Virus record (IMG/VR): IMGVR_UViG_3300021254_000022
Coordinates: 68,857 to 132,856 of that record
DNA from: a virus
Taxonomy: Duplodnaviria; Heunggongvirae; Uroviricota; Caudoviricetes
Direction: 5' to 3' (one strand)
DNA: 64,000 nt
The notes under the pieces are model-generated. The model searched no databases. It was given only the letters and a program-made list of their open reading frames with translations, and was not told the DNA's origin. A program made the position numbers and the translations under genes. Within the stretch, counting starts at the first letter, position 1; each line of letters starts with the position of its first letter. Below are positions 1-10,400 of the stretch, one piece after another.

Positions 1-1
1 T

Positions 2-316
2 AAAGTAAAGAGTACAGTTAGTTTATTAACAACTTCAGGGGTTGTAACTGTCAAATTTAGAAAAGAATATTTTGCATTATTTGATAAGCAGATTTCTCAA
101 AAAGGTGCCGATGGAGTTAAACATGTGGTTGAAAAATCATGGTTTAATCGTGGAAGTATGATTGTCGTTATGGGAATTAGATCTGAAGATAATTTTGTAG
201 CAAAGAAATATGCAAGCTCAAGTGGTCATCAGTTATACAAAATTGAAAGTATTGATGAAAATGGAGATATTATTCTTCAGACCGAAAGAGCAAAAGGATT
301 CGCAGAGGATGAATAA
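2..316 (+). CDS. C-terminal fragment of a phage DNA polymerase III alpha (DnaE)-like protein; 5' partial
   Basis: Frame is open from base 2 (KVKSTVSLLTTSGVVTVKFRKEYFALFDKQIS...EKSWFNRGSMIVVMG) to TAA at 314-316. It resembles, from memory, the OB-fold C-terminus of phage DnaE-type polymerases and sits next to nucleotide-metabolism genes. No TAG. Confidence 0.55.
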   Translation, partial: KVKSTVSLLTTSGVVTVKFRKEYFALFDKQISQKGADGVKHVVEKSWFNRGSMIVVMGIRSEDNFVAKKYASSSGHQLYKIESIDENGDIILQTERAKGFAEDE

Positions 317-894
317 TGTATAAAATAATTGCAATTATTGGCGAAGCGGGTTCTGGTAAAGATACAATAATGAATAAAGTTATATATGAGGCCGGAGCAG
401 CGCCGGCCTCAATTTTTCATACGATAGTATCTTGTACCACAAGACCGCCAAGAGATTATGAAAAAAATGGAATTAATTATCATTTTTTAACTAATGAAGA
501 GTTTGCTGCACGAGTTTTAAAAAATGATTTTCTTGAAGTATCAGAATTTAATGATTGGTTTTATGGAACAGCAAAATCTGAACTAGATCCAAATAGAATA
601 AATATTGCAGTATTAAATCCAGAGGGAATAGAAAATATTCTTCTTCATGATGATATTCAATTAAAAGTATTTTATCTTGATGTAAAAGGTAAAACAAGAT
701 TAATTAGACAATTACAACGAGAAGAAAATCCTGATATACCTGAAATTTATAGAAGATATATTGCTGACGATGAAGATTTTAGTTATCTTCCTTTCGAATA
801 TGAAACTCTTAAAAATGAAAATAGTGTTGACTTCGAGAAGAGTTGGAGGCGGATTCTGGAGTTCGCGAGAGATTGGACGGCAAAAGATAAATAA
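316..894 (+). CDS. gmk: Guanylate kinase-like nucleotide monophosphate kinase (192 aa)
   Basis: P-loop GEAGSGKD plus the GK signature SCTTRPPRDYEKNGINYHF and WFYGT. Start overlaps the upstream stop (TAATG). Confidence 0.8.
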   Translation: MYKIIAIIGEAGSGKDTIMNKVIYEAGAAPASIFHTIVSCTTRPPRDYEKNGINYHFLTNEEFAARVLKNDFLEVSEFNDWFYGTAKSELDPNRINIAVLNPEGIENILLHDDIQLKVFYLDVKGKTRLIRQLQREENPDIPEIYRRYIADDEDFSYLPFEYETLKNENSVDFEKSWRRILEFARDWTAKDK

Positions 895-959
895 TTTATA
901 TTGAAAACCATATATAGTATGGCCCTAAAAAATATTTAGAATATATAGTGGAGGTTTAT

Positions 960-3254
960 ATGTCTATTCAAATTATAAAAAGAAATGGCGATATAGTAGA
1001 ATTTGATAAATAGAAAATCGTAAATGCTATTAATAATGCCTTCCTTGAAGTAGATGGAATATTATATGAAACTGATACTGCAACAGATATTGCTGATGAA
1101 GTAGAATCTATCGCAAAAGTTTTATTTAATAATCCAAAAGCAGAAATGCTTAGTGTTGAACGTATTCAAGATCTTGTTGAAGATTATCTTATGAGATCTG
1201 AGCGCCGTGATGTAGCGCGCGCCTATATTAGATATAGATATAGAAAAGAAGTAGCAAGAGCAACTTCAAGTACATTCTTTGATGCTATTGGAGAAAAACT
1301 TACTGCATCTAATGTACAAAATCAAAATGCAAATGTTGATGAAAAATCATTCGGTGGCCGCATGGGCGAAGCTACTGGGGTTATGACTCGTCAATATGCA
1401 CTTGATAATTTAATTTCTCCTAAACATGCAAAGAATCATTTAAATAATAGAATTTATATTCATGATCTTGATGCATATGCAGTTGGTATGCATAACTGTT
1501 TGAGTATTCCATTTGATGATCTTCTTGCTAATGGATTTAAAACAAGACAAACAGATGTGCGGCCGGCTGGTTCTGTCAATACAGCTTTTCAACTTGTTGC
1601 AGTTATTTTTCAGCTTCAAAGTTTACAACAGTTTGGTGGAGTAAGCGCTACACATCTTGATTGGACTATGGTCCCATATGTTCGTAAATCTTTCTTTAAA
1701 CATTTTAAAGATGGATTAAAATGGTGCGAAGAAGCTTCTGGAGGCTGGGTTATAGAATTTCTTGAACAAGAAGATATTACTCAAATCAGTATTGAAGACG
1801 ACGCTTATATGAAACATAAAAGAGCTTATGAGTATGCCTGTGAAATGACTGAAAAAGAAGTGCATCAAGCGGTTGAAGGCATGTATCATAATCTTAATAC
1901 TTTGCAAAGTAGAAGTGGTAATCAATTACCATTTACTTCTATTAATTATGGAACTTGTACACTTGCCGAAGGAAGATTAGTTACTTCAGAACTTTTAAAA
2001 GTATCTATTGAAGGTCTTGGAAGTAAACATCTTACAAGTATCTTTCCTTGTGGCATTTTCCAATGTATGAAAGGAGTTAACCGTGTACCAGGAGATCCCA
2101 ACTACGATTTATTCAGATTAGCTTTACAGTCTACCGCCAAGAGATTGTATCCAAACTATGCCAACGTGGATTGGAGCAACAATGCCGGATACGATGTGGG
2201 AGACCCCAGAACGTATTTCTCAACTATGGGGTGTAGAACGGCTAATGGATTAGACATCAATGGGCTAGGGCAGCTCAAGGATGGACGAGGTAATATATGT
2301 CCTGTCACTATCATAATGCCAACTTTGGCTATGGAAGCTATGGAAAAAGCTAAAGGTTATGATGCATATGGTGGACCAGGTAATGTGAAACTTGCTCATA
2401 TTGATTTTGGTGGAGATCCAATTGATATTTTTATGGAGATACTTGATGAAGCAATCCATGATGCTAAAGACGAATTAATTGAAAGATTTGAACACATATG
2501 TGCACAATCACCAAGTGCAGCTAAGTTTATGTGGGAAAATCGAACAATGGCAGGATATATTCCAGAAGAAGGAATTAGAAGTGCTATGAAACATGGTACT
2601 GTTGTTATTGGGCAATTAGGACTAGCTGAAACACTTCAAATTCTTATTGGAAAAGATCATACTACTGAAGAGGGTATGGTTCTTGCTAAACGTATTGAAA
2701 CGTTATTTAAGAAACGTTGTGCTGAATTTAAAGAACAATATAAATTAAATTTTGGAGTTTATTATACTCCTGCAGAAAATCTTTGCTATACAGCTATGAA
2801 GAAATTTAGATTGAAATATGGAACTATTCCAAATGTTTCAGATCATGATTTCTTTACTAATAGTATGCATGTCCCTGTATGGCATCAACTTAGTCCTTTT
2901 GATAAAATTGATATTGAAAGTCAATTAACAGGATATAGTAATGCCGGATGTATTACTTATGTAGAACTTGAAGAAAGCGTATGGAAAAATATTGATGCGC
3001 TTGAAACTCTTGTTAATTATGCTATGGATAAAGATATTCCATACTTTGCAATTAATGTGCCAAATGATAAATGTCTTGATTGTGGATATGAAGGAGAATT
3101 TAATGATTTCTGTCCTGAATGTGGTAGCCACAATATTCAGCAATTAAGAAGAGTTACTGGTTATCTTACTGGTAATTATACTACAGCATTTAATCTTGGT
3201 AAGCAAGATGAAGTTCATAATAGAGTAAAACATACGGGGTATATGGAACAATGA
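960..3254 (+). CDS. nrdD: Class III (anaerobic) ribonucleotide reductase with N-terminal ATP cone, 764 aa with TAG=Gln at codon 18
   Basis: GGAGG RBS, then ATG at 960. The ATP cone MSIQIIKRNGDIVEFDK(TAG)KIVNAI is in frame with the track ORF 1146..3254. Motifs: GMHNC, finger loop TMGCRT, zinc site CLDC...CPECGS, glycyl-radical loop RRVTGYL. Confidence 0.95.
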
Positions 3255-3808
3255 TAAAAAGTATTTTAGCTGGAATAGCTATAGCAATAGGAGCCTATAT
3301 AAATTTAAAAGTTGGAGGAATTGCTGGTGCAGTTTTGTTTTCTGTAGGCTTATTTCTCGTTTGTAATTTTAAATTAAACTTATATACAGGCAAAGTTGGT
3401 TACACAGGTATTATAAAAAATTTGCTAATTTTGTTAGGAAATCTTATTGGATCTTTATTCTTATATTTTTATCCAACAGAAAAAGCAGTAGAATTAATGT
3501 AGAATAAATTAAATACACCTTTATATATATCTTTCTTTAATGCTATTATATGCGGCATCCTTATTTATGCGGCCGTTGAAGCGTTTAAACAAAAGAAAGA
3601 TTATATGATTTTAGTATGCGTGCCGGCTTTCATCTTATTTGGCGCTGAACACTGTGTTGCCGATATATGTTATGCAGCTTCAGCGCGCGTCTGTTCTTGG
3701 CAATTAATTTTATTTTTAGTAATTGTGATACTTGGTAATTCAATAGGCTCCTTATTATTTAGATATTTTACTAAAGGAGATATAGACTCATGCGCTATGC
3801 GGGAATGA
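3251..3808 (+). CDS. Short formate/nitrite transporter (FNT/FocA family) channel, 185 aa with TAG=Gln at codon 84
   Basis: Track ORFs 3251..3502 and 3605..3808 are in frame and joined across the TAG at 3500-3502. Hydrophobic helices with FNT motifs LYTGK, GNLIG, EHCVAD (conserved His) and GNSIG. Overlaps nrdD (ATGA) and nrdG. Confidence 0.8.
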
Positions 3809-4296
3809 TTAAAAATGATTTTTCTGCCGCTCCTGGAGTTTGTGTTTCATTTTTTGAGCAAGGTTGCCCTCACCATTGTGAGGGCTGCCATAATCCAGAA
3901 ACATGGGATCCAGAAGGTGGTTATGAATTTACTAGTGAAACACTTGATAATTTAATGAAGGCGCTTAAAGCTAATAATATACATAGAGATTTATGTATTA
4001 TGGGCGGCGAGCCTCTTTGTCCTGATAATCAATTTCTTACTTTAATGATTGTAAATGAAATTAAAGAAAAACTTCCTAAAACTAAAATTTATATATGGAC
4101 AGGATATACTTTAAACGAATTAAAGAAAAGCAGTAATGTTCAACGTATTAAACAAATTTTAGAGAAATGCGAAATGATAGTTGATGGGCGTTTTATTGAA
4201 TCAGAACGAGATATTACTCTTTAGATGAGAGGATCTTCAAATCAGAATATTATTAAATGTAGAGATATTGATTGGGATGATGTTGACATTAATTAA
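3790..4296 (+). CDS. nrdG: Anaerobic RNR activating radical-SAM enzyme, 168 aa with TAG=Gln at codon 145
   Basis: Radical-SAM motif GCPHHCEGCHN and GGEP. The conserved C-terminal RGSSNQ motif lies after the TAG at 4222-4224, so readthrough is needed. Ends at TAA 4294-4296. Confidence 0.93.
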
Positions 4297-4311
4297 AAAA
4301 TATGTTATTAT
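4283..4311 (+). promoter_or_regulatory. Sigma-A/sigma70-type promoter for the 4329-6417 block
   Basis: TTGACA (4283-4288), 17 bp, TATTAT (4306-4311) with a TG extended -10; AAGGA RBS and ATG at 4329 follow. Confidence 0.75.
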
Positions 4312-4328
4312 ATTTATAAAGAAAGGAA

Positions 4329-4859
4329 ATGAATATGGTAACAGTTGAAAATATAAAGATTTTAGAAAAATTAAAAAACCATGAAGATGGAGAAGTTTTC
4401 TATGTAAAAGATGAAAATAAACTTTATGTTTGGAATGAAGGTTCTAGTTCTTTTAAAGAAGTTGATAAAAAAATGGTAACCGATGGTGGTTTAAAAATGA
4501 ACCTTTATGAAATAAATAAAAGTATTATTTCTCAATCAGAACCTCTTGATGAAGCAAAAATAAATGATCTTAAAGATATGGTAAATAGTATTTTAGATAA
4601 AAATTATTATTTATTATATGGAGAAGAAATATCTTATTTTACTTTATTTGAAAGAAAACCTCAAATTATTCAAGTCCCAGGAGAGGACACTTCATTGGGT
4701 AATATGTTAATTGAATGTTTAAAAGCTTTTGATAAAGTATATAGTTATGAACTTCTTGATAATGGAGCTATTGAAATTTGGGTTCATAATAAAGATAATA
4801 ATCTTGCTACTGTTTTATATCTTTTTGATTATACAGATGGAGTAGTTATATATGAATAA
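4329..4859 (+). CDS. Hypothetical protein (176 aa)
   Basis: Clean ORF with RBS, TAA stop and no TAG; no motif recognised. Confidence 0.8.
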   Translation: MNMVTVENIKILEKLKNHEDGEVFYVKDENKLYVWNEGSSSFKEVDKKMVTDGGLKMNLYEINKSIISQSEPLDEAKINDLKDMVNSILDKNYYLLYGEEISYFTLFERKPQIIQVPGEDTSLGNMLIECLKAFDKVYSYELLDNGAIEIWVHNKDNNLATVLYLFDYTDGVVIYE

Positions 4860-5112
4860 AATTATATGCAGAGTTGATCCAGGCTTAGGTCAATAGCATG
4901 TTTTATTTTATCAAGATGATAAATTAGAAACTCAAGAAGCTGTTCCTATGTCTGATCTTGCTAATTTCTTATTGAATACTTGTTATACTGAGAATTGTTA
5001 TAATTTACATTTCATAGGAAATTGGAAATTTTTAGAAGGAATTATTGAAGAAATTTCAACAGAAGAAACAACTAAATATAATACAAATAAAATTCAAATG
5101 GAGATAAATTAA
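4852..5112 (+). CDS. Hypothetical protein (86 aa), missed by the ORF track because of a TAG at codon 15
   Basis: ATG at 4852 overlaps the previous stop. MNKIICRVDPGLGQ(TAG)HVLFYQDDK...IQMEIN ends at TAA 5110-5112, which directly abuts the next ATG at 5113 and fills an otherwise empty gap. Confidence 0.75.
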
Positions 5113-5358
5113 ATGAGATATTTACTGAATGTCGTTAATACTTATAGAGTTCCAACAGTTGAAGATGCATTGGCTCTTAGAGAAGAGCTTCAGGAAACCC
5201 CTGGATGCGAATTGGTTAATTTTCAGTATACTACAAAATATACAAAAGCAAAGGGCGAAATCATTGATGAATATCAAGTGGTAAAAGCTAAATTGCAGTT
5301 TAATGAAGAGAAAGAGCCGGAGCAGGAAGTCGTTCCGAATTATGAGGTAGCTTTTTAA
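5113..5358 (+). CDS. Hypothetical protein (81 aa)
   Basis: ORF abuts the upstream gene and overlaps dUTPase (TAATG). Confidence 0.8.
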   Translation: MRYLLNVVNTYRVPTVEDALALREELQETPGCELVNFQYTTKYTKAKGEIIDEYQVVKAKLQFNEEKEPEQEVVPNYEVAF

Positions 5359-5909
5359 TGGCAAAGTTTGAAAAAGTAAATCGTTTTAATGATATTGATT
5401 TTGATATGCCTGCGCGTAAAACCATGTATAGTGCTGGATATGATTTTGTAGTAGCTGAAGATATTGTTGTTCCGCCAATGGAAAGCTTAATGGATGAGAT
5501 TGCTGATTACATTGCACTTGAAATTCATGGAGATTTAGATGAGCCTGTGAGTTTGGATGAAATGGCAGCAATTACTAAAAAATTAAAAGCTAAACCGACT
5601 CTTGTTTCTACTGGAGTTAAATGTAAATTAGATGCTGATCAATACCTTGAACTCAGTGTAAGAAGTTCTTGTCCATTAAAAAATTGGCTAATTCTTGCAA
5701 ATAGCGTAGGAATTATTGATGCAGATTATTATAATAATCCAGATAATGAAGGAGAAATATTTTTCCAAATGATTAATCTTTCACCTTTACCAATTTATCT
5801 TAAAAAAGGAGATAGAATTGGTCAAGGAATAATTAAAAGGTATGATCGTACAGAAGATGATCATGTAACAGATCTTCGTACTGGCGGTATGGGAAGTACT
5901 GGTGCATAA
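5358..5909 (+). CDS. dut: Trimeric dUTPase (183 aa)
   Basis: Motifs SAGYDF, VRSS, GIIDADYY, GDRIGQG and RTGGMGSTG. Confidence 0.93.
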   Translation: MAKFEKVNRFNDIDFDMPARKTMYSAGYDFVVAEDIVVPPMESLMDEIADYIALEIHGDLDEPVSLDEMAAITKKLKAKPTLVSTGVKCKLDADQYLELSVRSSCPLKNWLILANSVGIIDADYYNNPDNEGEIFFQMINLSPLPIYLKKGDRIGQGIIKRYDRTEDDHVTDLRTGGMGSTGA

Positions 5910-6417
5910 ATTACTTGCATTAGATCAGGCATCAAGAACAACAGGTTGGGCATATTATGAAGATAATCAATTAAAATAGTTCGGAAAATTTACTGCTGAT
6001 TAGGATGACATCGGAGAACGACTTTTCTATATCAGAAATCAAGTAAAAAATTTGATTTCTAAATACGAAATAGATGAGCTAGTTTTCGAAGATATACAAT
6101 TCCAAAAGTCAGTAAATGGAGTAAGTGTACCGGAAAATGTAAAAACTTTTAAAACATTAGCAATGGTTTTCGGCACAGTATATGAATTATGTGTTGAATT
6201 AAAACTACCCCGAACTGCAGTATTAGCAAGTGTTTGGAAAAGTAAATTAGGGATAAAAGGGCATGCACGAACTGATTAGAAAAAAGATGCTCAACGATAT
6301 GTAAGAGAAACTTATAATATTAAATGTACTCAAGATGAAGCTGATGCTATATGCATTGGAGCCTATATAGTAAACAGTAATATAACAATAGAAGAAGATC
6401 ATGATTGGTCTGATTAA
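5902..6417 (+). CDS. ruvC: RuvC-like Holliday junction resolvase, 171 aa with three TAG=Gln codons
   Basis: GTG start at 5902. Motifs LALDQASRTTGW (catalytic Asp), VFEDIQ, and C-terminal TQDEADAICIG. The last motif lies beyond the TAG at 6277-6279 (RTD-Q-KKDAQ). Ends at TAA 6415-6417. Confidence 0.85.
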
Positions 6418-6420
6418 AAC

Positions 6421-6464
6421 AAAAAAGAGGAGTTAGTAGTTAAACTACTAACTCCTCTTTTTTT
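6421..6464. terminator. Bidirectional rho-independent terminator between the converging replication and tail blocks
   Basis: 20-bp perfect inverted repeat aaaaaagaggagttagtagt / actactaactcctctttttt with A/T tracts on both sides. Confidence 0.85.
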
Positions 6465-6868
6465 GTTTCTATCTTTATCATTTTATTAGCTTTAACTTCA
6501 GCCTGTATTTGATTAGTAATATATGTGTTTAAATCTCCATAAACTTCAGAAAGATATTTTTGTCCTTCTTCTCCTAAAATTACTAAAACAGCGTTAAGAG
6601 TTCGATTAAATGCTTCTTTTTGAGCTTCTGGAGTAAAAGCGTCTTTATTTTTCAATGCGTCTACATATGTTTGATTTGTTGCAATTACACAAGTCTTAAT
6701 AGTTTCTGCAAGCAAAGCTATATATTTATTTTGAATTTCATTATTATTTTCTTTTATAATAATATCTCGTTGAGTTTCTATAAAAGTAATAAAATATTTA
6801 GTTAAAATTCCTAATAAAGGAATTATACAAACAACAAAAATTTCTTGAATAATTTTACTCCAATCCAT
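6440..6868 (-). CDS. Probable holin (LL-H-like, 142 aa)
   Basis: Single N-terminal transmembrane helix (IFVVCIIPLLGILTKYFI) followed by a soluble helical domain with TNQTYVDALK...EAF. Lies at the end of the tail block. No TAG. Confidence 0.65.
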   Translation of the reverse strand: MDWSKIIQEIFVVCIIPLLGILTKYFITFIETQRDIIIKENNNEIQNKYIALLAETIKTCVIATNQTYVDALKNKDAFTPEAQKEAFNRTLNAVLVILGEEGQKYLSEVYGDLNTYITNQIQAEVKANKMIKIETKKEELVV

Positions 6869-6953
6869 ATTGGTACCTCGATTCTATTTACTATTTATTT
6901 TTAAATAAAATTAATGTAGATAAAATTATATCTTTATTTTTTTATATTTATTA

Positions 6954-7361
6954 TTAATTTTCTACTGGACGGCTTTCAAAATCATCAATAGAACTTCTGT
7001 CAAAATCTTCATTCACATCTATATCATTTATATTTTGTTGACTTCCGTCAGAATAAAATCTTTTTCCTAAATTAATATGTACTGTTAATAATTTTGTACT
7101 ATCATCTATTGATAAATTAATATTACTAATTTTAGAATATCTATCTGTACTAAAAACAACTTGATTATCTTGTAATAAAGTAATATTATTTATATTTGCA
7201 AGAGCTAAATCTGCAAAAGCATATTGCCCAGAATTTTCTAAATTAAAAATATTGATAGTTAAAGTTCCATCAACATAATCTAATCTTCTTTGAAAATCTT
7301 CTTGAAAGTTACTATATGGAAGAGTAAAAGCTCCATCATTAATATTTAAAATATTATTCAT
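6954..7361 (-). CDS. Hypothetical acidic protein (135 aa) with its own promoter
   Basis: AGGAGG RBS, double TAA stop, no TAG. Confidence 0.8.
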   Translation of the reverse strand: MNNILNINDGAFTLPYSNFQEDFQRRLDYVDGTLTINIFNLENSGQYAFADLALANINNITLLQDNQVVFSTDRYSKISNINLSIDDSTKLLTVHINLGKRFYSDGSQQNINDIDVNEDFDRSSIDDFESRPVEN

Positions 7362-7385
7362 AAAGATCCTCCTATTTTTATATAT

Positions 7386-7414
7386 ATTATATCAAAAATT
7401 TTAGAGTGAGTCAA
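7386..7414 (-). promoter_or_regulatory. Near-consensus sigma-A promoter overlapping the tail-fibre terminator
   Basis: Minus strand TTGACT (7414-7409), 17 bp, TATAAT (7391-7386). Confidence 0.75.
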
Positions 7415-7434
7415 TTGCTCAACTCACTCTAAAA
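7394..7434 (-). terminator. Terminator downstream of the tail fibre gene
   Basis: 13-bp stem ttttagagtgagt / actcactctaaaa with a 10-nt loop and a T-tract on the minus strand. Confidence 0.75.
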
Positions 7435-7436
7435 TG

Positions 7437-10400
7437 TTAATTAACTTTAATCCAGATTCTTCCTTTTACCATAATATCTGCGGCAACTCCATTTTCAGGA
7501 TCACCCGCATGCCAAATTTCATAATCTGGAATTTCTGAAACATATCCAACTATTAATTCTGGATATCTTCTGATTTCACGTCTGCTCATTTTACTTACTG
7601 TACCATTAGGACCAGAACAAACTGCATCTCCAGGTTTATAATCATTTCTATCTCCATCAACATATGCAAGAACTCTTCCTGCAACGGCTATTGGAGTTTT
7701 AGATTCTGGAGTTTCATTCATAGATGTTCCATAAGTATCAGAAGTAATATTAGCACCTGCTTCTAGTCTATATTGAGTAATATGTTGTTCGCCATCACCA
7801 TTTTCAGCTACTACTTGACCCATTTGAACATCTTTAACTGTTTTACGATGTTCTGCATAGTCATTCCATACTGCATTATAAACACGCGCTGCATACCAAT
7901 AACCATCTGCTGTGCCATAAATTGAATTCATAGAAGAGTTATTTGCTCCATCAGTATGACTTGCGCTATAAATAGAATCTGCAGTATAACTTAATTGGAA
8001 TCTATTTGCCCAACCACTAGCATTATATTCACCTAACTGCCAAGATCCATTTGCTGTTTTTATAGATAAAATTGCATGCCAACCAGTAGAAGATGTCTCT
8101 CTTAATATGGCAGTATCTCTACAATTCCACCAAGAAGAACCTCTAGCTTCACGTCTAAATTGATTTCTAGCTTTTATAATAGGAGCAGTTAACCAAAGAT
8201 CTCCGCCATAACCATTTGCAGCATTTTCAGTTGTAACAAAATGGAAAGAAACACCAGGTCCTGCATTATCATTATCTGTAAATATTATTGCACCTGCTTG
8301 TCCGCTGCTCATACTATCCGTAGTATTAAATTGAATTTGAGGACCACCATCACCAAATCTAAAATTACCTGCAGCATTTGCAAGCATTTGATTTGCAGTA
8401 TTGCCATAAGTTCCACCCCAAATACGAATACCATTAGCTCGAATATCTACAGTTGCCCCATTTCGAGAATTAGAAATCTAATAATTATTCAATACAGATA
8501 CATTAGAAGCTGAAGATATAGTATTAGCAGTTGAATAATAAGCCATTCTATTAGCAGTGCCGGCAGCCGGATTAGAGCCTCCACCGCCCTGTAATAATGC
8601 CATTAATTGATTTTTATGTATAGCTCTTAATTCATAACCATTCCAAGCTGCTAAATAAGTAACATTAGAAGCTGAAAGACCTGCTGCACCATAATTTAAG
8701 TATATAGAATTATTATTAGTTCTATCCTTTACAGGTCCAATAAACTAAGTTGCAGTTACTGTTGCTGGAAAAACAGTATTAAAAGCATAATCATAAAGAT
8801 ATACATGATCTTGTAAAGCTAAATTGCTAGGAGTTGTCCATCCGACTCCGCCATAACCATAAATACATTGTACAATTAATCCATTAGCTTCACGACCTGC
8901 TGTAATAGTATCATGACTGAAAGTAAAACGAATTCTACCATACTATGAAGTAGCAGTATTTCCATAAGTAGTAAAATTACACTAAATAACATTCCAACCA
9001 GACCATCCTGAAATTGGCTAATTCTCACAAATTTTTAAAGTATAATTATTAGGATCATTTTGAAGAGCAGCATCAATAGTAACTTTACAATTATTAGAAT
9101 AATTAGTTGATATATAGATCATAATTTTTCTAAGTTGTGTATATACTAATCCTACTCCAGTATCCATAATAATTCTTAATTGGGAAGTATTAGAAACATT
9201 TCCGCTTGGAACCATCCGTAGTCCTGTTGTAGTAGTAAATAAACTTGTTTTTTGAGCGTTTGTTGCTCCATAATCTGTCCAAGTAGAACCCCCATCAGAA
9301 GAATATTGAATTGTTACTCCTTCAGCTTTAAAGCCTGCAAACCTATTAGCTCTTAATTTACTATTTAAAGCAGTATCAATTGGAGAAGTTGTCCCAGCAA
9401 AATTATTATTTCCAAATTGGATTTTAGAATCATAAATTTCTAAGTTACTTTTTAATTGATCTTTATGTATAGCTCTTAATTCATAACCATTCCAAGCTGC
9501 TAAATAAGTTATTGATGATAATCCTATAGCAGAAGCTCCATAATTAACATAAGTAGAAGTATTATTTGTTCTATCTCTTAATGCTGTAGCATTGCCATAT
9601 ACATTATCAATATAAGCATCTTTAAAATACCAACTTGAAGTTCCTAAACTCTAATGTCCAGAACCAGCGCCTCCACTTTGATAAGGAATAATACCCAAAG
9701 ATGTTGTTCTAATCCAACCAGTATCTACACCATCAGGATCTCCCATACCCCAATAACCATTAGCATGAGTCATAAGCATTGCAGGCTTTTTACCTTCAGC
9801 TCCATAAAAACGTCCATCAACTTTAATTGATAATTTTCCGCCAGAAGGATTATCTTTTCTAAATTCGATAGATCCTCCAGAAGAATCATTCCACGTTGTA
9901 ATTCCAGTACCAGTCTAATCTCCCCAGCCTGCAGAAGATTGAGAATTTGATGCAAATCCTAAAGGCATAGAAGATGTATTAGCATTACCGTTTAATACTA
10001 CATTTCCAGAAGCATCAGAGTAAACAACCCATTTAGAATGTTTACGAGAATAAATTCCACCATTGCCACTTGAACCAACAATAAAAGCAACCTAATTAGG
10101 ATTTGTTGCCTGAGTATTTTTTACTTCAAGTCCACATTCTTCTGCTTTGGTAATATAAATTGAATTAGCCATAGTTACAGAACCTTTGGTAATCGTTATA
10201 TTACCACTATTATACGCCATACTCATTTGAGTATCAACATAAGTAGATTGTTTTCCTGAAGCATTATAATTATCTCTAATATGAAGAGTACCACTTTCAT
10301 TTGCGATTTGCCAAGAAGCGGCAGTTCCTCGCCATAATTCAATAGCAACATTTCCATTTGAAGCATTTTTTGCTCCATCAATAATTAGACCGCCAGTTTC

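Noticed and set aside
1146-3254. Track start at Met 1146 as the true nrdD start
   Set aside because: It lacks a good RBS and truncates the ATP cone. ATG 960 has a GGAGG RBS and is in frame through one TAG.
5420-5620. About 30-aa insertion between dUTPase motifs 1 and 2 as a novel signalling domain
   Set aside because: From recollection, similar insertions occur in many Firmicutes-type trimeric dUTPases. Novelty cannot be supported without a search.
8604-9509. DGR template/variable repeat pair or shufflon
   Set aside because: There is only one mismatch, both copies are coding within one gene, they are direct rather than inverted, and no reverse transcriptase or recombinase gene is in the window.
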